A DNA stretch of 64,000 nucleotides from the NCBI RefSeq assembly GCF_009914755.1, contig NC_060941.1, one strand, 5' to 3'. Positions 39,045-49,775 of this stretch are shown here, in pieces; positions within the stretch are counted from its first letter, which is position 1; every line of letters starts with the position of its first letter. The notes under the pieces were generated by a model that searched no databases, was not told the DNA's origin, and worked only from the letters and a program-made list of their open reading frames with translations. A program made the translations under genes and the position numbers. This DNA comes from the human T2T-CHM13v2.0 reference genome, Homo sapiens.

Positions 39045-39218
39045 CAGATTCCAGAGCCCTACCCCACTTACTGGGGGAAAAACTCTCCCAGAGTATAGCA
39101 TAAGAATCTGCTTTTTAAAATAAGCTTTCCTGTGATTCTGAAGCAGAGCTGGGCTGGAGAACCACTGGCCTGCTTTTCCCACCGTGAAGAACACTGTCCT
39201 TAGCATCCCTGACAAACG

Positions 39219-39402
39219 ATGGCGGAGCCCGTTCTGTGCCAGATGCTGAGCCATGGCTGGTGTGTGCTGCTCCGCAGGCCTCTGGCGGAGCCCATTCCAT
39301 GCCAGATGCTGAGCGATGGCTGGTGTGTGCTGCTCCACAGGCCTGGTGGAGCCTGTTGTGTGCTGGACGCTGAGCAATGGCTAGTGTGTTCTGCTCCGCA
39401 GG
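39219..39402 (+). repeat. Tandem repeat of about 61-63 bp, 3 copies
   Basis: tggcggagcc...gatgctgagc.atggctggtgtgtgctgctcc.cagg three times. Confidence 0.85.
39273..39348 (+). ncRNA. MIR4730: MIR4730 precursor (mature about 39282-39304, CTGGCGGAGCCCATTCCATGCCA)
   Basis: matches recalled hsa-mir-4730, annotated in an ENDOV intron; CAGGCC...GGCCTG closing stem. Confidence 0.75.
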
Positions 39403-40606
39403 GAGCTGACTCCTACTTGTCTGTGACTCCCATCGATCAGTTCTGCCTTCAGGTAGCAAAACAGAACGGATCTTCCCTGCCTTCTGCTTGTCAGCCCTTC
39501 TGCTGCTGGAAACAGCTGCCTGCTCCTTGACCACACTGTCCCAAGAGGCTGCGATGACGTCCAGCTTCTTCACTGGTCAGTGGCCCTCTGGTCATGCCCT
39601 CCGTTCACACAATCCATCTTTCCGTCTGCACTCAGAATCAAATGCAGGAACTTGGATGTGGTCTACCCAAGTCCCTAGACCTAACTGTCACCCACGCCAT
39701 TTCAGTCGGTGTAGCTGGAAACACTGGTAGCTTTTGAGGGGCACCAGGTCACTGGCTTATGTTGAGATTGCTGGTCATCCAGACCTGCCCCCTACGCTAA
39801 TCATACAGTGATTTTTCTTTTCCCAGATTTTTAATTTGAAAATGTACATACATCCCCCCAAATTGGAAAAGGATACGTTGGACACCTGTATTCCTTCTAC
39901 TTAGGTTCAGCTGTTGCTGCTCTGGAATATTCTCTCTCGCGCACATGCGCTCTTTGTGTGCGTGTGTACCGTACATCCCAGCGACTGTGACAGCTCAGAA
40001 GACATCAGCAGGCCTGTCCTGAGAATGACATTCTCCTCCACAGCCACAGTGTCATTATCATACTGATTACACATCATAGTCATCCCATAATGTCACCTGA
40101 ATGATAACATTATGGGAGAGATTCAGATGTAAGCAGCCACGCCCCTCCTGTGGGAACTCAGGCCACACTTGAATTCCACATGTCACTGTGCAAAGTGACT
40201 TTTACTCTGTGGGGATGTCAGTGATCCAGCCTGCTGGCTTCTCTGTGAACCCAAATTCTGTTATCAGAATGGACCCTCCCCACTTTGGGTCATGGGCAGA
40301 TTTGATCAGTTTCCCCATTGAGTCATTGATGAAGATGTTGTGAGAATGATCCCCAACCCTCTGTGCTAATACAGAGCACTCCGTCTGCTTTGGTGTGTTT
40401 AATTATTGATCCAGCCACAAGTGAGGAGTGGAAGTTGTGATTTGAAAGCTGTCACCAAGAGATTTGGGGGATTCAGTAACAAAACTGCAGGAAGGTAGAC
40501 AGGTCTGCAGAATGTGGACATAGTGGGAAACGTCTTCACATTAAGGGCAGTGTGACTAAGGAAAACACAAGGTTAGGAGACTCAGGCCTGCCATGTTATG
40601 CTCTAA

Positions 40607-40830
40607 ACTGCAGCCTCTGCCTCCTGGGTTCAAGCAGTTCTCCTGCCTCAGCCTCCCGAGTAGCTGGGATTACAGGCATGCGCCACCACGCCCAGATAAT
40701 TTTGTATTTTTAGTAAACACGGGGTTTCTCCATGTTGGTCAGGCTGGTCTTGAACTCCCAACCTCAGGTGATCGTCCGCCTCGGCCTCCCAAAGTGCTGG
40801 GATTACAGGCGTGAGCCACCACGCCTGGCC
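40607..40830 (-). mobile_element. Alu, partial
   Basis: antisense Alu consensus. Confidence 0.85.
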
Positions 40831-40974
40831 AACACTGTGTCTTCTTTAAGCCTCCAACAACCCATGGAGGGGTGGGGTGGGGCATCGGCTTCAATACACA
40901 AAGGAGGAGACACCAGGAAAGCAAGGGGCAGGCAGAGGTGATGCAGCCAGCAGCCTTAGCCTTGCTTCTGATGA

Positions 40975-41480
40975 AGACCAGGTCCTGGGGGGCTCCCGCG
41001 GACCTGATCCCAGGGAATCCTCCTATGGACCAGGTCCCGGAGGCTCCTCCTATGGACTAGATTCCAGGGAATCCTTCTACAGTCTAGGCTTCAGGGGCTC
41101 ATCCTATGAACTAGATCCCGGGGAATCTTCCTATGGACCGGGTCCCGGGGAATCCTCATACAGACCAGATCCCGGGGAATCCTCCTATGGACCAGGTCCT
41201 GGGGGCTCCTCATACAGACCAGATACCAGGGAATCCTCCTATGGACCAGGTCCCAGGGGCTCCTATACACATCAGGTCTGGGAGTTGGGGCTCCTCCAGT
41301 GGACCGGGTCCGGGGTGGGGGTTCTCATATGGACCGGGTCCCAGGGGGCTGCTGCTATGGACCAGGTCCCGGTGGGGGCGGGGTGGGGGTGCTGTTGCTA
41401 CAGACCAGGTCCCGGGGGAGCTGCTGCTACGGACCAGGTCCTGGGGGGGTCTGCTCCTATGGACCAGGTCCCGGGGGTAC
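40975..41480 (+). repeat. 27-bp GC-rich minisatellite, about 18 degenerate copies
   Basis: unit atggaccaggtcccggggaatcctcct; 27-nt spacing measured (41025, 41052). Confidence 0.88.
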
Positions 41481-41679
41481 CTGCCCACCACCAATTTGCA
41501 GGGTACATCTTCTAGTTCCTTCTTCCAAACCCATCATCTCATAGGTGAGGCAGGGAAGGGGAGCCATGAGGGTGACGTAAGGGAGAGGGAAGGATGAGGG
41601 GGGCAGGGCATGGACGGACTGGGGATGGAGCAGGTGGCCGAAGGCTGTGCTTCCCACTGAGCTGCGTGCCTGGTGTCAG

Positions 41680-41814
41680 GTGGTGTATGAGGAGAGCCGC
41701 ATGGTCAGCCTCACAGCCCCCTACGTGTCGGGCTTCCTGGCCTTCCGAGAGGTGCCCTTCTTGCTGGAGCTGGTGCAGCAGCTGCGGGAGAAGGAGCCGG
41801 GCCTCATGCCCCAG
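41680..41814 (+). CDS. ENDOV: ENDOV exon 3, VVYEESRMVSLTAPYVSGFLAFREVP...GLMPQ (GC donor)
   Basis: PYVS wedge and FRE motif; 135 nt; frame requires CAG|GCAGGT donor. Confidence 0.92.
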
Positions 41815-42057
41815 GCAGGTGTCTCATCCCTAGGACGAGAGAAAGGTCCCTCCTTCCCCCTGGGGGAGGGAAGGCTGCTGCAGGTCGCCACCACCACAGT
41901 GGCAGGGAGAGACTCATGAGCTTCCTGGAAGAGAGGAATGAGGATTTCTAAAAAGCTGGACCCCAGAGACAGTGCCCCCTTCTTGCCTCAGGGATGGCCC
42001 TGTCCTGAGGGCCGAGGGGCAGCTCAGCTGACTGTGACTCTCCCTGTGGCTCCATAG

Positions 42058-42097
42058 GTCCTTCTTGTGGATGGAAACGGGGTACTCCACCACCGAG
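42058..42097 (+). CDS. ENDOV: ENDOV exon 4, VLLVDGNGVLHHR
   Basis: catag acceptor, GAG|gtaatc donor; DGNG motif. Confidence 0.95.
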
Positions 42098-42546
42098 GTA
42101 ATCCTGCTCTTGGAGGTCCAGGGAGGGCACTGTGGGGAAGAGCGGGGGGAGAGGGCACCTCTGTCGTCCCCCACAGAAAATGCTGGGCCCTCGGCCTCTG
42201 CCGCCAGCCCCCTCCAATGGCTTCTTTCTCGGCGCAACGGGGACGCGCAGTGCGCTCAGCCCCGCCTCCCCCACCGCCGGTAAAGGACTGTCTACTTTCG
42301 CTTCACCCCTTACCTCTTTCCTGTCCGCCACTGCCTTCTCTACAGTGCCCTGTGCTGGCTCATCTCCAGGTGCCACTATCCAGTTCTGACCTGATCACCA
42401 AAAGATGTCCCAGGGCCCGGGCTCAGAGTGGCCTTCCCTGCCAGCCGCCCAACCTGCATGGCCCGTCAGGCCCCTTGTCCACAACTAGACAGGTGTACCC
42501 AGGCCCCCACTGATGCCAGGAACCTTGGCCTAGGGAGCGTGGCTGA

Positions 42547-42851
<305 letters not shown>

Positions 42852-43371
42852 AGGGAGATGGGCTCTTTTACTGTTACATACAGAGCTGCGGGCGGCGCAG
42901 CAGCACCCAGAGAGGGCCCAGGAGGGGTGACATTGGGCCTTCCTGGCCAGCAAGTGTGACTCGGCCCTGGCTGCTGCCCTCGCACATGGGTGCAGAGCCA
43001 AAGGGTTGTCATGTGCCGACCCACATGCTCGTGCCAGCGCTGGCAGGCCACCGTCGAGGGAAGAGGAAGCTGGGAGGTGCAGGAAATGACCGGAGAGCTG
43101 CAGTATCCCAGCACGCCAGCGAGGTGCTGACCCTGGCACTGACCGTGTCAGAGAGAAGAAGGCTTCCTCCACGGCCTTGCACCCAGGACATCGGGCACAG
43201 GGGGCTTTCGCCCAGGTCTGCTTGGGACTTAGATCTGGTTTCCCCAGCCCTCTGCCTGTCCACAGACCTCTGCTCACTTAGGGAAGCTTTTGGTAAGACT
43301 GGCTTGTCCTGAATCCCTGTGCCAGGCCCCAGCCCCACCTCCCCAACCCCACCCTCCTTTCTCTCTGGCAG

Positions 43372-43484
43372 GCTTTGGGGTGGCCTGCCACCTTGGCGTC
43401 CTTACAGACCTGCCGTGTGTTGGGGTGGCCAAGAAACTTCTGCAGGTGGATGGGCTGGAGAACAACGCCCTGCACAAGGAGAAG
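43372..43484 (+). CDS. ENDOV: ENDOV exon 5, GFGVACHLGVLTDLPCVGVAKKLL...HKEK
   Basis: GVAK motif; ggcag acceptor, AAG|gtgagg donor. Confidence 0.95.
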
Positions 43485-44525
43485 GTGAGGAGGGGCCTGC
43501 TGCAGGCCATGCCCGGCAGCTCAGTGGCGGGGCTGTGGTGGCCCTGGGCATGAGGACACTTCTGGACCAGCCCTTGCCTGCTGACGCTGCCCTCCTCATC
43601 CCTGGCTTGTGGCCTGGAGTAAGAAAGACCTGCTTTCCTCTGGGTGCTGCATTGCCTGTCTCAGCTGAGGGCGCTCTGAGCTCCTCTCCTGCCTCCTGGG
43701 TGTGCCTGCCTCTCTGGTCCCCCTTGCCTCTGAGCCACCGTGGCACACCAAGTAGGGCTAAGTCCTCCAGTTACTGGGGACAGGACGGGCTTCCAGGCTG
43801 TCCCGGGCGCACTTGGTGCTTTCCCCACCCCGCCTTGCCCCAGCCCCTGTCTCCTCCCCTGCATGCTCAGGTACCACAGCCTCCAGGCCCCCCTCCCCCC
43901 AAGACCTGCCTGGAGCTGCCACCCACACTCTTCCTACCTCACCTTCCCCTGCATCTTCCTCCTCTGGGACCCCATGTTGGCACTGGGAGTGAGACACTCA
44001 CAATGGAGGGAGCTGTTGACACCCCCAGCTGTTTCACTGGATGGCAGATTCTGAGAGCAGAGACTGTGTCTCTCATTCCTCCTAGCTCTCAGGTGCCTGC
44101 ATGGAGAAGTTGCTTAATAAAAATCTGTTGAGTTGATGGGGACCTTAGACCCACTCAATGAGCCAGTCCACCGCCGCCAGAAATACCAGCCTGTTGAGCT
44201 GTGTCAGATGTGCCCAAAGCAGGAGAGAAGCCACAGGAAGGAAGCGGGCTCAGCACCCATCACTGGGCAGTGGCGGCACCTGTGTGGCTGCCAGCCTGGC
44301 ACAGCGGCCCTGGGCAGATTGTTGCCCTTGTTCTAAGCCCCATCATCAGGTTTGAACAGGGTCTTGTGGGCAGCACCCTCAGCTCAGGGACAAGACCACT
44401 TCACCGCCTGCACGCTCAGTGTCGTCTCAGGTGGTGTGGCTTTGCCTGGGCTGTGGCTCACCTCCAAGATCAGTCCCCTTCCCTTTCCTGGCCCAGTGAC
44501 TGGGTTTTAAAAATAAAGAGACCTG

Positions 44526-44833
<308 letters not shown>

Positions 44834-44883
44834 TCACCAAGAAGAGAGGGGTTTTTTTCCCCATTTTTCCCTCCATTTTCCAG

Positions 44884-44952
44884 ATCCGACTCCTGCAGAC
44901 TCGAGGAGACTCATTCCCTCTGCTGGGAGACTCTGGGACTGTCCTGGGAATG
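44884..44952 (+). CDS. ENDOV: ENDOV exon 6, [23 protein letters not shown]
   Basis: ttccag acceptor, ATG|gtgagt donor, 69 nt. Confidence 0.94.
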
Positions 44953-45343
44953 GTGAGTAGCTAGGGCCCTGAGCTCCTCCAAAGCCCCGGGGTAGGGGAT
45001 CCTTTGCAGGCAGACACAGGTGCATGCAGACACGCGTGCACTCACACTTGCCCACCTCAACCCCCCGCCTGCCCGTCCATCCATCCTCCTGCCTCTGACT
45101 GAGTCCAGGGTGTGATGTTTGTGTTTCTTTCCTCCAGCCGTGCTGAGGGAGCCCACCCTCCCCCAGGGACAAGCAGCAGGAAGGCGCCCTGAGGGTGGGC
45201 AGGCCCTGGCCCCTGAGAGCACTGCCCCTTCAGCTTCCCCCTTGCCCCCAGGACATTTTGTCAGAGCTCCAGCTGCTGAGGCTGTCCTGACCCTGGTCCC
45301 GGTGGCCCAGCCCACAGGACAGCCCTCGCCTTCCTTGTCACAG

Positions 45344-45472
45344 GCCCTGAGGAGCCACGACCGCAGCACCAGGCCCCTCTACATCTCCGTGGGCCACAGG
45401 ATGAGCCTGGAGGCCGCTGTGCGCCTGACTTGCTGCTGCTGCAGGTTCCGGATCCCAGAGCCCGTGCGCCAG
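45344..45472 (+). CDS. ENDOV: ENDOV exon 7, ALRSHDRSTRPLYISVGHRMSL...CCCCRFRIPEPVRQ
   Basis: PLYISVGH and RIPEP motifs; canonical sites; 129 nt. Confidence 0.95.
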
Positions 45473-46219
45473 GTGGGTGTGCTGGGGATGCGGGGAGGCA
45501 GCACAGGCTCCTCTGCTTCCTGCCACCTGCTGTTCAGGGCTCCCCAGCAGCTCAGCTGGGGTCAGAGTGCAGTGACATGAGGACGGGGGTTCCTGGGCCG
45601 AGGACAGGTCACAGACATCTTGCTGGAGAGCTTGCTGGGCCCTGCAGTCAGGACAGTAGACTGGGGGGTGCAGGGCTCCCAAGAGTTCATCCCCAGGCCC
45701 TGCACCCCATGCACTCAGCCTCCCAGCCTCTCTGAGCCTCCTGCACCCAGATACAGGCCAGCTTGGAGAATCAGTGATGTTAGCTCAGGTGGTGAGGTGT
45801 CCTGCCAGTTCCCAGCCAGCCCCTCAGGTCCCAGAGGGAGCAGCTGAACTTGAGCCAGGAGGCTCCTGCAGGAAAGCTGTGCAGGCCCCAGAGACGCCAG
45901 TCTGGGGACTTGGGTATGCCCGCCCCAGGACCCAGCACAAAACTGGTGTTCGGTCCCCCAGGAAGGGTGAGAACTCTGCTGAAGCCATCAGCTCAGCTGA
46001 GAAAGGACTCAGCCTGTGGGCCAGGGAGAGACAGCTGGCACGAGATGCCCACAGACAGCCTCGATAGGACCAGGGGACCACAAGACACGGGTGGATGCTG
46101 TCCCAGAGAAGCCCACAGAGTGAGGGTTCAAGAAAAGTCAGTCTTAGGAAGAGACCCGCTGGAGGAAGGGGAAGGACAGCCCTGGGCAGGAAGGAGTTTG
46201 ATGTGCTCAAGAAATGGGG

Positions 46220-46525
46220 GGCCCGGAGGGTGGCTCACGCCTGTAACCCCAACACTTTGGGAGACAGAGGTGGGAGGATCACTTGAGCCCAGGAGTTTGA
46301 GGGCGCCCTAGGCAACATAGACCCCGTCTCTACAAAAAAAACGTAAAAACAAATTAGCCAAGTGTGGTGGTGCGTGCCTGTGGTCTCTGCTACTTAGGAG
46401 GCTGAGGCGGGAGGATCACCTGAGCCCAGGAGGTCGAGGCTGTAGTGTGCCCTGATTGGGCCACTGCACTCCAGCCTGGGTGACAGAGCAAGACCTTATC
46501 TCAAAAAAACTTTAAAAAACAAAAA
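46220..46525 (+). mobile_element. Alu (AluJ-like)
   Basis: ggatcacttgagcccagg in both arms, A tail. Confidence 0.85.
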
Positions 46526-48447
46526 CTCAGCAGGAAGGTGTGGCCGGAGCCAGATGGCAGTGAAGTACAGAGTGGGTGGGAGCCCGTGAGCATCTTGGGG
46601 TGCGCCAGGGTTTCAGACGTCACCCACAGGGACTTGGATGGCTGTGAGTTGGCAGCGGGGCGCCCGCAGATTGGCCTTTTTAGGTGGCCGCTGTGCGTGC
46701 TGTGGAGGCTGTGGACGCAGGTCTGCACAAGCCATGCTGCTTCCAGCAGCCCAGCCCCTGAGCCTCCCTGGTGTCTGCCCCTTCCCCATCTTACCCCACC
46801 GCTTGCCCTGCAGCCTGCCCTGGGGCAGCCGCAGCACCGGTGGAAAACCCCCAGGCCACCACCTTCGGGCCGGGGCCTTCCGGCTGCTGGCGCGCAGTGT
46901 GGCCTCCAGGGGGCAGCAGCAGCCCACATACCACAATGGCCCTCGCCCTGGGGAGCTGTGCTCAGTGGTGGCGTCTGAGAGCGGGCTCCACAGCCTTGCA
47001 GGGCTTTGCTCAGGGCACAGGTGTGTGGACTCTCAAGCCTGTGAGCTGTGTCCCCAGCCCCCAGGAAAGAGGCCTTTCTTCCTCCATTCCAACTCAGCCA
47101 TGTGGTCTTCCGAGAGAGAACCCAAGAAACTGTCCCCCAGGCCTTCAGCCACAGGAACTTTAGGTCGTGCTGCTGCTGCAGACAGCACAGTTCCTGGAGC
47201 TCCTGTACCTTTTTCTGCCTCAGCGCGCCCCAGAGTAGGACAGTGGCCCATCCTTGCAAGGGAGGGGACACCTGGCCTGTGAGTACCTTAAGCATCTAGA
47301 AATAGAGCAAGGATCTGTGCCTAGCACCAGCAAAGAGCCTGCCAAATCCTGGGCCCACCCTCCAGAGGAAGGAAAGCCGCAACCAGTTGGGATATGCAGC
47401 CACCCCGTACCAGGAGCCCGCAGCTTCTTACTGTTGGGCGTGAGCCGAGGATCGTGTCCTGCAGGGCTGGCTCTGTCTCTCGGTCCATTTTCTTCCTGAG
47501 CTCACTCACCTCTCAACAGGTTCACCTCCTGCTCTGTTCCAGAAGGTCCTGGGAGAGCACAGACGGGGTTAGTGTTGGTCTGCTCTCTCCCTGGCTCCGC
47601 GCCGGGCCGTCTTGGTGGCCCCATGGTCACAGGCGCTGCTGCGCTCCTGGTTGCCAGGTCCAGGCTCTCCTGCCAGGCCAGGCTGGGCCGCTCCAGGGGA
47701 AGGTGAGAGGTGCTGGCCCCGCCTACCGCTGCCCCACTTCCCCCATGAATGGAAGCAGGAGCAGGCTGGGGGATTAGCCGTTGCTTTCCATGAGTCGTGC
47801 AGCCCTGAAGCTAATCTAAGCTCATCTGAGCTGGGATCAGGGGGACTTCCCAGGGCCAGACCCCCCATGCCCCCGGGGGTTCCCACTCAGACCTGAGCCC
47901 TGTTCAGTGTCCCTCCCTGCTAGGGTCTGCCCCCATCCCAGCCTGTGGCCCACCGCCCTCTTTTATCTTGGTGATTCTGGAGACGGGACAGGGGTTACTG
48001 CTGATCTAGTCAGGGAGAGGACAGACCAGCTGGGCTCAGAGCCCCCAGAGAAGCAAGTGTTAGCAGGGAAGCCTCGGCTTGCGCAGAGCCTACAGGGAAG
48101 CACAGACTGGAAACCAGTGAAGGCTGAGCAGCTCCAACTGCCACTGGTGGGGAGGAGACCCAGGACCCCCTCACTCAGCCTGTCCACTCACCAGCTACTC
48201 AGGCCCTTCAGGGACTGCCCAGCTCGGTTTGAGAGCTGCCATTGCGGGGCTTTGACCCCAAAGTCCCAGGCATGCCTGTCCCACACTCGCTGACAGGGCC
48301 GCGGCTCCTGAGCCTGAAGAACTGGCTGTGACCTGTGTGTCCTGAGTGGGCTTCTGTGGGGGATGGAGGCATTGCCAGCAGCAGCTCCTGGTGGGAAACT
48401 GGTCTAGAGACCAGCTCAGCACCCAGCAGCACGTCTGTCTCCCCCAG

Positions 48448-48512
48448 GCTGACATCTGCTCCCGAGAGCACATCCGCAAGTCGCTGGGACTCCCCGGGCC
48501 ACCCACACCGAG
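48448..48512 (+). CDS. ENDOV: ENDOV exon 8, ADICSREHIRKSLGLPGPPTP
   Basis: ccccag acceptor, AG|gtgagc donor. Confidence 0.93.
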
Positions 48513-49624
48513 GTGAGCACCCAGGGAGGCTGGGGCACTAAAGGGGCATCTCACAGACACCTGCATGGGCTGTTTCCGGTGGCTCAGCCTCTCCTTGTTG
48601 CAATATTGTGGCTCAGGACAGACAGTGCAGGGCCAGGGAAGGCAGGGGACACAGGAGAGGTCTTCAAAGAGGGAGGAGAGTGGAGTGGGGTAGACTCCTA
48701 TTCTCGTGGGAACTCTCCAGAAACACCACTGCCTCCACGCAAAGCCCTGGAACTACGGCCCTGTCTGGTCCAAGCCCTACCTCCCAATAGGGCTATCCCC
48801 AGCCTTCCTCAGTCCACTTAGCCTGTGAGGTACCAGGACGTGGGCTCTGCAGAAAAGGCGTGGCCTCGGAGTCAGACATGATCCAGCCCTGCATAGCCAG
48901 CTGTGGCGTTTGCACTCTTCGAGCCTCAGCTTCCTCATCGTCGGGATAGGCTCTGTAATTCTTGTCCCACTGGTTCTTGTAAGTTAGAGTGACAGTGTGC
49001 CTGGCACAGTCACCGCTAACAGTGCAAGGCATTGTCTTAAAACCATTGCAGATGGTTTGATCCTGCTAGCAACCTTGATGTGAGACAAGTACTGTGACCC
49101 CACTTTACAGATGAGGAGGCTGGGACACTGAGTGTTGATAAGGAGTAAAGCAGAATTCAGTCTGGCTACTTCCTCTTCTCTCAGTGTGGGCAGTTTGGAT
49201 TCCAGGCCCTGCATCTGAGCCTCCAGGCTGAGAGGACACCCTCACTCCCTAGGCAAAGATCGCAGGAGGCCCCAGGCCTGGGATTCGCCCTGCCCTCGCC
49301 CACGATTAGTTACTGAAGGGCTGCGGTTCCTTCGTGCTCATTTTCCCTCTAAGCCAGGGGCTGTTCCCAGGCCTCCCTAGGCTGCTTTGAGAACTGAGGG
49401 AGCAGGTGGCGGGGACCCCCCAAGCTCTCCCAGAGTTGGAGGCCGGCCCGCTTGAATGCAAGCTGCGTGTCTGAGCAGCGTGCTCTGCCCTGCCCTCTGC
49501 CCTGGGCTGTAGCAGGTCCTGAGTGTCCAGGCCAAGCGCAGTTCCCAGACCCCATCTGGGGTGTGAGGGGGTGTCAGGTAGGCGCTAGCATCTGATGCTG
49601 TCCCTTTCTCAATGTCATCACCAG

Positions 49625-49775
49625 GAGCCCGAAGGCGCAGAGGCCAGTGGCATGCCCCAAAGGAGACTCCGGAGAGTCCTCAGGTGAGGGCCAGCCCCCA
49701 CAGGACCACAGCCCAGGCCCCAGGACAGCCCCAAGGCCAGGCTCCCAGGAGCAGGCGGGCAAGGACTGGCAGTAG
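49625..49775 (+). CDS. ENDOV: ENDOV exon 9: internal donor at 49683 (282-aa form) or read-through to TAG 49773-49775 (309-aa form, ...AGKDWQ*)
   Basis: caccag acceptor; CAG|gtgagg at 49683; open frame to TAG. Confidence 0.88.

Noticed and set aside
40877-41515. 212-aa spidroin-like protein gene
   Set aside because: GTG start, intronic, and openness is explained by a 27-bp unit.
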